Positions 17,176-25,757 of a stretch of DNA of 26,858 nucleotides are shown here, piece by piece. Source of the stretch: a virus (taxonomy: Duplodnaviria; Caudoviricetes); IMG/VR virus record IMGVR_UViG_3300027838_000033, positions 1-26,858 of that record; one strand, written 5' to 3'. The notes under the pieces are model-generated. The model had not been told where the DNA came from and ran no database searches. It saw only the letters and a program-made list of their open reading frames with translations. How positions within the stretch are numbered: position 1 is the stretch's first letter; the number at the start of each line of letters is the position of its first letter. The position numbers were made by a program, and so were the translations under genes.

Positions 17176-18354
17176 CAAAATTTTATAGCCCAATCTATGA
17201 GGCGATTTGGTTTAGCACCAAAAAATACAGTTACCCCGGCTTCACCAAGTGGTGGTAGTGCTTCCAGTATTACCAATAATCCATTATCACATATGGAAGT
17301 AGAAGGGAAATATGCCTATTCTACACTTTCATATCCCCTTGACCTTCAAACTAGAACTGATTTAGGACATTATATGATGTTCTATGTTAATATTCCTAAC
17401 GAAAGTGCATATGGATCTACATCTGATACACAAAGATCTGAACTAAATGCAAAAGCAGAAGCAAGTCAAAACTTTTCGGGCGCAAAGGGGATGTCTGGCA
17501 AAGAGAAAGCTCAAAGATCGATATTAAATAATAAAAGGGGATTTGCTGCAAATGCTGGAACAGCTGGAAGTTTTAATGCAGAAGGAAGGACTTGGAAAGC
17601 AGGAGAAACAGATAAGGTAATACATAGAGAACAGAAATCAAGTAACATAAAAAGTATAACTAAACGAACTGCTGATGCTATAACTTTGTATATGCCTAAT
17701 ACAGGTATTACATCACAACATACTCCAAAATGGGCTGATTCGGAACTGGGTGGAAAAATTGGTGAAGCAGCGGGTAGAGTTCAGAATGGATTTGAAGGTG
17801 GTGTTTGGGGTGGTATTCAAGGATTCATGGCGCAAATGGCTGGAGAAATGAGAGACTTGGGTACTAGTATGGTCGGAGCAGCTGCAGGTGGAGATTTAAA
17901 AGCAGCTAGAGATAAAGTATCTAATCAAGCAGAAAATCAATTTATAGAAACATTTTTTAAAGGTATTGATCTCCGAAAATTTGATTTCTCATGGCAATTT
18001 AGGCCAAAGAGTCCTGAAGAAGTATATGAAGTTCGCAAGATTATTGAAAAATTTAAATTTCATTCATTACCAGAATTACCAAGTGGTAATAGGCATGGTA
18101 GATATTTTACAGTACCAGCTTCATTTGATATTTTTTATATGTATAGGGGTGATGAAAACCAATGGATTAATAAAATTTCAACGTGTGTTTGTGGTGGTGT
18201 TAATATAAATTATTCACCAACTGCATGGCAAACATTTAGACCAATAAAAGAAGATAAATGGCCACAAGGAGCACCACCTACTGAAATAGATATGACTTTG
18301 AACTTTATGGAAACCAGAATTATTACTAAACAAGATGTACTAGAGGGATTTTAA
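17173..18354 (+). CDS. gp48: Baseplate tail-tube cap
   Basis: LSYPLDL, ITLYMP, FKGIDLRKFDFSWQFRPKSPEE, IIEKFKFHSLPE, GAPPTEIDMTLNFMETRIITK; precedes gp53. Confidence 0.85.
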   Translation: MQNFIAQSMRRFGLAPKNTVTPASPSGGSASSITNNPLSHMEVEGKYAYSTLSYPLDLQTRTDLGHYMMFYVNIPNESAYGSTSDTQRSELNAKAEASQNFSGAKGMSGKEKAQRSILNNKRGFAANAGTAGSFNAEGRTWKAGETDKVIHREQKSSNIKSITKRTADAITLYMPNTGITSQHTPKWADSELGGKIGEAAGRVQNGFEGGVWGGIQGFMAQMAGEMRDLGTSMVGAAAGGDLKAARDKVSNQAENQFIETFFKGIDLRKFDFSWQFRPKSPEEVYEVRKIIEKFKFHSLPELPSGNRHGRYFTVPASFDIFYMYRGDENQWINKISTCVCGGVNINYSPTAWQTFRPIKEDKWPQGAPPTEIDMTLNFMETRIITKQDVLEGF

Positions 18355-18355
18355 T

Positions 18356-18871
18356 ATGTCATATTTTTCTAATTTTTCAACAATGTTATATGATCCAGCT
18401 GGAGATGGTTCAGCAAAGCTTTGTACTGACATCATGAGTCGTGTTCGTGTAAGAGTTAATATGAAAAAAGAAATTGTTATGTTAGACCCATATGATGTTA
18501 AAGAAAATGAAACTCCTGAAATAGTTGCTGACAAACATCATGGAAGTCCACATTATCATTGGGTTGTTATGTTACTAAATGAAATATCTGATGTTAATCA
18601 TGATTGGGTTAAATCTACTAGACAAATGCAAAAATATCTTTTATCCAAATATACTGAAACTCAACTTACTGAAACCCACCATTATGAAATATCACAAACA
18701 TCTGGTGATACTACTATTAAAATTGAAGTTGAAAACTCAACTTATCCTTCTGCAACAGCTATTACAAATTATGAATATGAAATTGCATTAAACGAATCAA
18801 AAAGAAAAATTGATCTATTAAGAAATGATTATCTTACCTTTTTTGTAGATGAGTTTCAAAGTTCAATATAA
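18356..18871 (+). CDS. gp53: Baseplate wedge subunit (LysM-like)
   Basis: MSYFSNF, YDVKENETPEIVADKHHGSPHYHWVVMLLN, HHYE, TNYEYEIALNESKRKIDLL. Confidence 0.92.
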   Translation: MSYFSNFSTMLYDPAGDGSAKLCTDIMSRVRVRVNMKKEIVMLDPYDVKENETPEIVADKHHGSPHYHWVVMLLNEISDVNHDWVKSTRQMQKYLLSKYTETQLTETHHYEISQTSGDTTIKIEVENSTYPSATAITNYEYEIALNESKRKIDLLRNDYLTFFVDEFQSSI

Positions 18872-18877
18872 AATACT

Positions 18878-20332
18878 ATGGCTGCAGATAAAAACCTATA
18901 TCAGAATGCTGGTGATTATACTTTAGATGGTGTTCTTATAGTAGGAAGTTCGGGTGCAAAAATAAATATAATTTCTCAAGTTAGAGAACTGAATATTTAT
19001 CAAAGTATTGATTCTCCTTTTATGTCTGGTAATCTTATGATTGCTGATTCAAAAGGTGTTTCAGAAATATTACCATTTCTAGGACAAGAACGATTACTTT
19101 TTATGTTGCAAACTCCTAGTCATGGAGGCACAGTAAATTTTAATGAATATAATGCGATAATTTATAATGTAGAAACTAGATTTCATTCAAGCGATAGAGA
19201 ACAAACTCTTGTTTTAAATTGGACTACATTAGAGCATTATAAAAATATCCGTACAAAAATATCTGCGTCATTTGATGGAATGATAAGTAGTATAGTTGAA
19301 GAAATATTAATAGATAGTGATTACTTAGCAACATATAAGCCGTTAAATATTGAATTAACTAAAAATATTAGAAAATATGTAATTCCAAACCTTAATCCTT
19401 TTCAAGCAATAGAACTTTTAAGAACAGAAGCTGTAAGTGCTGAAGAACAATCCCCACATTTTTTATTTTTTGAAAATCCAAATGGATTCCATTTTAGGTC
19501 ATTAGATAGTTTAATTGGTTCTCAGGGATCTTTGTCTGTTGACCATAAAAGAACTTATAAATTTGAACCACCAGCAAATGATGAAACACCAGAAGAATCT
19601 TCTACAACTATTTTACATTGGGAAGTTCAGGATAATAACAATAATTTTCTAGGCACAAAACTTGGTATGTTTGGATCTACCCTTTATTATCATGATATAT
19701 TTAACAAAAATATTCAAAAATTTAAATTTGATTATACAAAAGATTCATTTAACATAAGAAATTCTACAAATCAAGAAGATGTCAAGTCAGGCACAGTTGT
19801 TTCTCAGGGAATAATTGAAAATAAAAAAACAATTACAGAATTTCCAAACTCTAAAGTGTTTGTACATCCCACAAGTAGTGATAAATTACATTCTTTAGGA
19901 ACTGATAATAATGCTGATGAATGGTTACAAGAATCAATTTCTAGAGAATTAGAACGAGAGTATTTTACATTAAAAATTGAAACATATGGTGACACTAATA
20001 TTATGGCTGGAGATATGATTAATGTTATTATACCATCAAACAAACCATTAGATATAAGTGCTGGAGCGGAAGCGGTTGATCCTATATTATCTGGTAGATA
20101 TTTAATTACAAGTTTACATCATAAAGTCACTCCCACAGAGGCAAATCATTCAATGGTTATGACTATAATGAAAGATTCAGTATCAGTTGCAACATCAGTC
20201 AAGAAGGTTCAATATCCAGAAGAACCAAAAGGTTCTGTAGATACTGGACTTAAATCTACAAAAAAGAAACTTAAACCAAAAACTAAAACATCAAAAATGA
20301 CAGCAACACAGCGGAACTTTTTTGCTTCATAA
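18878..20332 (+). CDS. Putative baseplate hub protein (gp27-like)
   Basis: 484 aa after gp53; LNIYQSIDSPFMSGNLMIADS, FLFFENPNGFHFRSLDSL, SGRYLITSLHH resemble contractile-tail hub proteins. Confidence 0.6.
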   Translation: MAADKNLYQNAGDYTLDGVLIVGSSGAKINIISQVRELNIYQSIDSPFMSGNLMIADSKGVSEILPFLGQERLLFMLQTPSHGGTVNFNEYNAIIYNVETRFHSSDREQTLVLNWTTLEHYKNIRTKISASFDGMISSIVEEILIDSDYLATYKPLNIELTKNIRKYVIPNLNPFQAIELLRTEAVSAEEQSPHFLFFENPNGFHFRSLDSLIGSQGSLSVDHKRTYKFEPPANDETPEESSTTILHWEVQDNNNNFLGTKLGMFGSTLYYHDIFNKNIQKFKFDYTKDSFNIRNSTNQEDVKSGTVVSQGIIENKKTITEFPNSKVFVHPTSSDKLHSLGTDNNADEWLQESISRELEREYFTLKIETYGDTNIMAGDMINVIIPSNKPLDISAGAEAVDPILSGRYLITSLHHKVTPTEANHSMVMTIMKDSVSVATSVKKVQYPEEPKGSVDTGLKSTKKKLKPKTKTSKMTATQRNFFAS

Positions 20333-20340
20333 ATAGTAAT

Positions 20341-21018
20341 ATGATAACATACGAACAATTCTTAAAAGAGGGTGTCTACGATCCCAACATATTCAAAGCA
20401 GTTTTCATGGCAGGTGGCCCAGGCTCAGGTAAGTCATTTATTGCTGGTAAAACTACTGGTGGATTGGGATTGAAGGTTATTAACTCTGATTCCGCTTTTG
20501 AGCGATATTTAAAGAAGGAAGGACTTTCCTTAAAAATGCCTGATACAGAAACTACAGGAAGAGATGCAGAACGTGATAGAGCTAAAAAAGTAACTGAAAA
20601 AAAGAAATATCTTGCAGTCAGAGGCCGATTAGGAATTATTATAGATGGTACTGGTCATAAATATGATAAAGTCGCAAATGATTCTGCAATGCTTGAACAA
20701 CTTGGTTATGAAACCACAATGGTCTTTGTTAATACCTCACTAGAAGTCGCACTCCACAGAAATGAAAATAGAGCTCGTTCAGTAAAACCTACCCTAGTAA
20801 AGAAAAGTTGGCAAGATGTACAAAACAATATGGGTAAGTTCCAGAACTACTTTGGTGCTGCAAATTTCTTTATTGTGGATAATAATGGATTTGAGGAAGA
20901 TATGTTGGAAATAAGTACAAAACACATCAGAAAAGCAATATCATCACCAGTAAAGAATATTATTGCAGCTGCATGGATAGCAAATGAAATGAAAAAGAAA
21001 AAGGAAAGGAGAACATAA
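20341..21018 (+). CDS. P-loop kinase/NTPase (zeta-toxin/AAA_33-like) with capsid-targeting-like N-terminus
   Basis: KAVFMAGGPGSGKS Walker A, INSD, IIDGTG, FVNTSLEVALHRNENRAR; CATAAATA at 20328-20335 upstream. Confidence 0.8.
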   Translation: MITYEQFLKEGVYDPNIFKAVFMAGGPGSGKSFIAGKTTGGLGLKVINSDSAFERYLKKEGLSLKMPDTETTGRDAERDRAKKVTEKKKYLAVRGRLGIIIDGTGHKYDKVANDSAMLEQLGYETTMVFVNTSLEVALHRNENRARSVKPTLVKKSWQDVQNNMGKFQNYFGAANFFIVDNNGFEEDMLEISTKHIRKAISSPVKNIIAAAWIANEMKKKKERRT

Positions 21019-21215
21019 TGGATTGGTTAGAAATATCTGGATGGATTGCTGCATTTTCTATAGCAACCTCATTATTTTATAGAAAAGGTGTAAGGGCCGG
21101 AATCAAACACGCAATAATGGTATTAGATTTAGATGGACATCAGATAGAGAAATTAAATAAAGAGTTAGAAAAAGATAGTCATGACATAGCTATGAAAGCT
21201 ATGAAATTAAATTAA
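21018..21215 (+). CDS. Small membrane-anchored hypothetical protein
   Basis: N-terminal hydrophobic helix ISGWIAAFSIATSLFY; TAATG coupling; AAGGAG upstream. Confidence 0.6.
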   Translation: MDWLEISGWIAAFSIATSLFYRKGVRAGIKHAIMVLDLDGHQIEKLNKELEKDSHDIAMKAMKLN

Positions 21216-21241
21216 TCAAACCCCTAACAAAAGGATCTTTC

Positions 21242-21430
21242 ATGAAAACTGACACGATACCTTTATGGCAAGTCGAAGTTAGTAACGCACAAAAGTTTTT
21301 GAGTAATAAAGAAAAAGCATATGAGTACGCACATGAATTACAACAACAGGGAAGAAACGTAGAAGTTTACGAAAATGGAATACTAAAAGACAAATTAAAA
21401 CCACAAGAACAGTATTCTTTTAATGTATAA
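21242..21430 (+). CDS. Hypothetical protein
   Basis: 62-aa ORF with AAGGA SD. Confidence 0.6.
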   Translation: MKTDTIPLWQVEVSNAQKFLSNKEKAYEYAHELQQQGRNVEVYENGILKDKLKPQEQYSFNV

Positions 21431-21433
21431 ATA
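21426..21433 (+). promoter_or_regulatory. Late promoter
   Basis: Exact TATAAATA 28 nt upstream of the 21462 ATG. Confidence 0.8.
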
Positions 21434-21461
21434 TAATAACAACAGATAACAAAAAGAAAAA

Positions 21462-22379
21462 ATGGCATTAGATAAAATTACCACAAATATTATTGAAGAT
21501 GATGCGATAACTGCTGCAAAGATAGTTGCAGGAGCAGTAGAAGTAGATATAAGAGCTGGTAGTGTTACAGGAGATAAGATTGGATATTTAGAGAATGCTA
21601 CGGCTGCCCAAACCCTTTCTGGCACATACTCAACTGAACGTATGTATCTCAATGATTCCTACCAACTGACAGGAGATGTAACTGTAACAGGTCATCTTGC
21701 ACTAGGGACAATAGCAGATGCAGATGTAGTAATAACACAAGATGGTACTGAAAGGACAATAACAGGTTCAGGAACACTTGAGTCTGGTGAGTTGATGGTA
21801 TCCGAGAAGACTGACCTTACAGATATGACAGGTGAACTTGGGAGTGGTGTTACAGGAGGATCGGGGTTGACGGCACTTGGTACAGTGACAGCAGGAAACC
21901 TGAGTAATTCTGCAATCGTTTATCCAGCAGGGCATGTGCTTCAAGCTGATGTTATTGATATAACCTTTCAAGCAGGTTGTCAGGCAAGTGAGGCTGGGCC
22001 GGAGAGCAGCATCACTAATTCAACAGGGGCACAGGTATTGTCAACACTTCTTAGTCCTGTATCTGATAACTCTACATTTATTTTTCAACTTGGTCTTCAT
22101 GTTGACGCTAGTGGTTTCGTACCGGGGGGACATGGAGAAGCAATAGGCTTATGGGTTGGTACTACTTTAATAATTGAAACATATTTGCTTAGAACCTATG
22201 CTGATAATCAACCAATGACTCATGCAGGGGCTGGAAAATATACACAGTCAACTGGTGCTGATTTTAATATAAATTTAAGGGCTTATGGTGATCGTGCAGT
22301 CACTTTGTCAGTAGGTCAACTTCAGGGTCACACAGTATCTAATACTCAAACTGGACTTTTTTGGATGGAGGTTGAATGA
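21462..22379 (+). CDS. Putative virion fibre/appendage protein 1
   Basis: MALDKITTNIIEDDAITAAKI N-terminus, G/T/S-rich body, LGTVTAG...PAGHVLQ then a beta-rich C-domain; late promoter. Confidence 0.6.
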   Translation: MALDKITTNIIEDDAITAAKIVAGAVEVDIRAGSVTGDKIGYLENATAAQTLSGTYSTERMYLNDSYQLTGDVTVTGHLALGTIADADVVITQDGTERTITGSGTLESGELMVSEKTDLTDMTGELGSGVTGGSGLTALGTVTAGNLSNSAIVYPAGHVLQADVIDITFQAGCQASEAGPESSITNSTGAQVLSTLLSPVSDNSTFIFQLGLHVDASGFVPGGHGEAIGLWVGTTLIIETYLLRTYADNQPMTHAGAGKYTQSTGADFNINLRAYGDRAVTLSVGQLQGHTVSNTQTGLFWMEVE

Positions 22380-22684
22380 GGATTTTTAATATAGCAGATG
22401 CATTAACATCTTTAGTACCAACAGGTAATTTTTGTATTTCTGGCAGGGATATAACTTATGCTAAAGTAGATTGGCAATCTGATTTAACTATGCCTTCTGA
22501 AGCAGAAATAGATGCTGAAATAGTCCGTCTTCAGGCAGAATACGATGCCCTAGCCTACTCAAGAAAACGTGAGGCAGAATACCCCTCAGTACAAGAATGT
22601 GTCCATGCAATATTGGACGATACCCTCGATGCACTTCAAGCCAAACGTGCAGAGATTAAAACTAAATATCCAAAAGGAGGATAA
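22376..22684 (+). CDS. Putative fibre-associated chaperone 1
   Basis: PSEAEIDAEIVRLQAEYDALAYSRKREAEYP...IKTKYPK; ATGA-coupled to fibre 1; paralogous to 23343-23642. Confidence 0.6.
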   Translation: MRIFNIADALTSLVPTGNFCISGRDITYAKVDWQSDLTMPSEAEIDAEIVRLQAEYDALAYSRKREAEYPSVQECVHAILDDTLDALQAKRAEIKTKYPKGG

Positions 22685-22687
22685 CTT

Positions 22688-23341
22688 ATGGCAAACTTAA
22701 TAATCAAATCCTCTGCGGATAATTTAGTCTTGCAAGGGTCAGATGCTTCACCAGCAATAACTGTGGGGGCAACTGGAACAACGACATTTGCAGAGAATGC
22801 AACCCTGTCGGGAACAGCAAATAATCTTGGGACTTCTACAGCAGGAACTTTTACAAGTGGAGTGACATTTCCTGCTGGTCATGTATTGCAGGTTCTAAGC
22901 ACAACAAAAACTGACACTTTCTCTCACGCCACAACTACTGTGACCACTATAACAGGATTAACAGTAGCTATTACACCTTCATCAACCTCTAACAAAATTC
23001 TCATAATGGGCGGTGTGAATTTTGGTAAGGTTAATGCCAATTCTGGATACCCTTTGAAACTATTTAAAGATTCTACAGAAATTGGTATTGGTGGAGCTGC
23101 TGGAACTAGGCCACTTGGTATGGCAGATTTGAATATGCCGGCTTATTCAGCGACTTTTATGGAGCATAGATACGTTAGTTTTTTAGATAGTCCAAATACT
23201 ACATCAGCAATAACTTATTCTTTTAGAATTGTAAGCAGAGATAGTACTGCTATTACCATTAATAGCCCTTCAACTGATGCTGATAATACCTATACTACGA
23301 GAAGTTCATCAACAATAACAGTAATGGAAATAAAGGCATAA
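22688..23341 (+). CDS. Putative virion fibre/appendage protein 2
   Basis: T/S-rich; LGTSTAG...FPAGHVLQV, ITPSSTSNKILI, LDSPNTTSAITY, SSTITVMEI; GGAGG SD. Confidence 0.65.
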   Translation: MANLIIKSSADNLVLQGSDASPAITVGATGTTTFAENATLSGTANNLGTSTAGTFTSGVTFPAGHVLQVLSTTKTDTFSHATTTVTTITGLTVAITPSSTSNKILIMGGVNFGKVNANSGYPLKLFKDSTEIGIGGAAGTRPLGMADLNMPAYSATFMEHRYVSFLDSPNTTSAITYSFRIVSRDSTAITINSPSTDADNTYTTRSSSTITVMEIKA

Positions 23342-23342
23342 A

Positions 23343-23642
23343 ATGAGAGATAACGCAATAAAAACAACACATCCAACTGTAACTACTATTAATGCCGGAA
23401 TAGATGCTTGGGATAAGGATGGCAATATTGTTGTTCTGGATGAAAGTAAAATAACAACAGAAATGGCTCGTCTCCAAGCAGAATACGATGCTTTAGAATA
23501 TGCTCGTAACCGCCAAGCAGAATATCCAGATTGGGGTACTCAGCTTAATAAGATTTATGATGATGGCCTGACCAAGTGGAAGTCTGAGATGGTTGATCCA
23601 GTTAAAACTAAATGGCCTAAAGATAACTCAGGGCCGGTATAA
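23343..23642 (+). CDS. Putative fibre-associated chaperone 2
   Basis: RLQAEYDALEYARNRQAEYPDWGTQL...VKTKWPK. Confidence 0.6.
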   Translation: MRDNAIKTTHPTVTTINAGIDAWDKDGNIVVLDESKITTEMARLQAEYDALEYARNRQAEYPDWGTQLNKIYDDGLTKWKSEMVDPVKTKWPKDNSGPV

Positions 23643-23655
23643 TAAATAAACAATG

Positions 23656-23692
23656 CCAGTATTAACTAAGATAAACACAAAGTTAATACTGG
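23656..23692. repeat. Perfect 12-bp inverted repeat
   Basis: CCAGTATTAACT (23656-23667), 13-nt loop, AGTTAATACTGG (23681-23692). Confidence 0.85.
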
Positions 23693-23741
23693 ATAACTAT
23701 AATAAATTACCTACCTAAATACTCCTAAACTGGAGGTTAAT

Positions 23742-23834
23742 ATAAATAATTCAAAGACAATAAAAATCATAATAGTAAGCATACTTTTTATAATAATTAT
23801 GTTTACAGAACAAATAGTTGCGTTGTTTATATGA
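23742..23834 (+). CDS. Possible 30-aa membrane peptide with an ATA start
   Basis: GGAGG (23732-23736), 5 nt, ATA; NNSKTIKIIIVSILFIIIMFTEQIVALFI*; TGA overlaps the ATG at 23831. Confidence 0.35.
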   Translation: MNNSKTIKIIIVSILFIIIMFTEQIVALFI

Positions 23835-23974
23835 AATACACAATAAAAATCAGACAAGATACTGTACATAAGACAGATGACTTGAAACAAGCACTAAAGG
23901 CTGTTGCCAGTTTGTTTCAAAAAGGTCATTCTGATATATACTTGTATGGGGGAAGGTTTGGTAGTTGGTGGTAA
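23831..23974 (+). CDS. Hypothetical 47-aa protein (not in the ORF track)
   Basis: MKYTIKIRQDTVHKTDDLKQALKAVASLFQKGHSDIYLYGGRFGSWW*. Confidence 0.55.
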   Translation: MKYTIKIRQDTVHKTDDLKQALKAVASLFQKGHSDIYLYGGRFGSWW

Positions 23975-24225
23975 GATTATTATTATTAACTATAATATTT
24001 GTACTTTTAGGTTGCGCCCCTGCAATTGATACTGGCTCTGAATGGGTAAGGGGTATAGCTCATCTACCAAAATTAGAAGGTTATTCTAATGCTGGTTTCT
24101 ATGAATTAGATGATTCTATCTATTCTAGACATTGTGATAATGTTGGAAATATGATACGAATGAAATATGATGAAGAGGGGCAGTTATGGAAACGAACAAA
24201 GTACGAAACTCATGGGTGTATTTGA
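23965..24225 (+). CDS. Putative small lipoprotein
   Basis: RLLLLTIIFVLLGC lipobox; TTG 23965 or GTG 23968 start. Confidence 0.65.
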   Translation: MVVRLLLLTIIFVLLGCAPAIDTGSEWVRGIAHLPKLEGYSNAGFYELDDSIYSRHCDNVGNMIRMKYDEEGQLWKRTKYETHGCI

Positions 24226-24328
24226 AGAAATTCTTATATTTATAGTTTCCTATGGATATTTTTTTGCAGCTATCCCTTTTGTTATAGGAATTATAGGTGC
24301 AATTTTAAAAGCAAATGAAGTGTTTTAA
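24212..24328 (+). CDS. 38-aa membrane peptide (not in the ORF track)
   Basis: MGVFEEILIFIVSYGYFFAAIPFVIGIIGAILKANEVF*; fills the gap before the nuclease. Confidence 0.55.
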   Translation: MGVFEEILIFIVSYGYFFAAIPFVIGIIGAILKANEVF

Positions 24329-24342
24329 ATTAGAGAAAGATT

Positions 24343-24849
24343 ATGGCTGAATATAAAAACGATGAAGCTTGTGAATACATTTATGATGTGGTCGCAATAC
24401 CAAAAGTAGTAGATGGAGACACATTAGATGCTGTCTTTGATTTAGGATTCGATGTAATGTTTAAGAGTCGTGTAAGACTTTTAGGTATTGACACTCCAGA
24501 ATCCAGAACAAGAGATTTAAACGAAAAAGTCTACGGACTATTATCAAAGAAACATCTCAAGGAATGGGTGCATTGGGCAATCATGTCTGACAGGGATGAT
24601 ATTGAAATTCAAGTCAGATGCCCTGAGAAGGATAGTCGAGGAAAGTTCGGCAGGATTCTGGGAGAAATCTGGGTAAATTGTATTGAAGGTGGACATGAAT
24701 TCAATGGATGGACTAATGTTAATAAGTGGATGTGCGAACATGGTTATGCAGTAGGTTACTGGGGCCAGAATAAAGCAGATGTCGCAGATGAACATATTGT
24801 CAATCGTAAACTACTCGCAGAGTCGGGTGAACAAGAACTTTTAACTTAA
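24343..24849 (+). CDS. Thermonuclease (staphylococcal nuclease-like)
   Basis: KVVDGDTLD, RVRLLGIDTPESRT, GKFGRILG, NVNKWMCEHGYAVGYWG. Confidence 0.9.
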   Translation: MAEYKNDEACEYIYDVVAIPKVVDGDTLDAVFDLGFDVMFKSRVRLLGIDTPESRTRDLNEKVYGLLSKKHLKEWVHWAIMSDRDDIEIQVRCPEKDSRGKFGRILGEIWVNCIEGGHEFNGWTNVNKWMCEHGYAVGYWGQNKADVADEHIVNRKLLAESGEQELLT

Positions 24850-25109
24850 TGAGAACATTTAAAGAATACAGTTTAAACAGAAAACTAGATAAGATCGTTC
24901 ATGATGAAATCATAAAACGAAAACTTGCAAAGTTTCCAGTAAATGCTACGGATGACATTAAAATGAGAATGAAACCTAATAAACCAGCATTTACATTTCC
25001 TTCACCAAATAGTGATATGATGATTCAGGTGTTTCTTAGAAAGGTGGCTCCAAGTAAAGGACAACCAAAAGGAATGATGGCATTTAATTATCAATTTGAA
25101 GATAAATGA
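24849..25109 (+). CDS. Hypothetical basic protein, possible internal head protein
   Basis: N-terminus MRTFKEY; TAATG coupling. Confidence 0.6.
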   Translation: MRTFKEYSLNRKLDKIVHDEIIKRKLAKFPVNATDDIKMRMKPNKPAFTFPSPNSDMMIQVFLRKVAPSKGQPKGMMAFNYQFEDK

Positions 25110-25405
25110 AAACTTACAAAGAATTTAGAGAAGCTGCAGAATATCAAGGAAAAAAAGTAAAACTCAATGATCCGAAACGTGCAAGTGATGGTAAGAAGAA
25201 GTTCTATGTGTATGTGAAGAATGAAAAGGGAAATGTTATCAAATTGGGTTTTGGTGATCCAAACATGGAAATTAAACGTGATGATCCTGCAAGAAGAAAA
25301 GCATTTCGTGCAAGACATAGTTGTGATGATGATATAGGGCCCAAGTGGAAAGCAAGATATTGGAGTTGTTATCAATGGCGTGCAGGAGCGAAAGTTGACA
25401 ATTAA
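25106..25405 (+). CDS. Conserved T4-like basic protein, possible internal head protein
   Basis: MKTYKEFREAAE; KKFYVYVKN, FGDPNMEIKRDDPARRKAFRARHSCD, ARYWSC. Confidence 0.75.
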   Translation: MKTYKEFREAAEYQGKKVKLNDPKRASDGKKKFYVYVKNEKGNVIKLGFGDPNMEIKRDDPARRKAFRARHSCDDDIGPKWKARYWSCYQWRAGAKVDN

Positions 25406-25757
25406 CAAAACCATTAATAAATTTTGGAGGGATTGGGCAGCTCTTGTATACTTGTGGATTTGTCTGTGCGATTTCTTTATAGGGCCAGTTGTTTGGAATA
25501 TGCAGATGGACTCATACTGTAATATGATGGTGTCTAAGGGATTAGTTTGTGATGCAACCCGATGGGTTCCATTGACTCTTGCAGGAGGTGCAATGTTTCA
25601 TTTATCGTTTGGGGCTATTTTAGGAGCAACCGCTTGGAAGAAGGGTGATAAAGATGAAAACCAAGATAAAGAAATTAGTGAACTTCATGCAGATCTTGAG
25701 AAACTTAAAAAAACTATCAAAAATCATATTGATAGCGGGAACCATTCTACTACTTAG
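25395..25757 (+). CDS. Holin-like membrane protein (resembles the GTA 3TM holin family)
   Basis: WRDWAALVYLWICLCDFFIGPVVW and WVPLTLAGGAMFHLSFGAILGATAW hydrophobic segments; GGAG SD before TTG 25395. Confidence 0.6.
   Translation: MTINKTINKFWRDWAALVYLWICLCDFFIGPVVWNMQMDSYCNMMVSKGLVCDATRWVPLTLAGGAMFHLSFGAILGATAWKKGDKDENQDKEISELHADLEKLKKTIKNHIDSGNHSTT

Noticed and set aside
20341-21215. Epsilon-zeta toxin-antitoxin pair
   Set aside because: No upstream antitoxin-like ORF; the downstream small ORF looks membrane-anchored.
21462-23642. Diversity-generating retroelement or invertible shufflon at the fibre cassettes
   Set aside because: No reverse transcriptase or recombinase, no adenine-specific TR/VR pair, and all cassettes are co-oriented.
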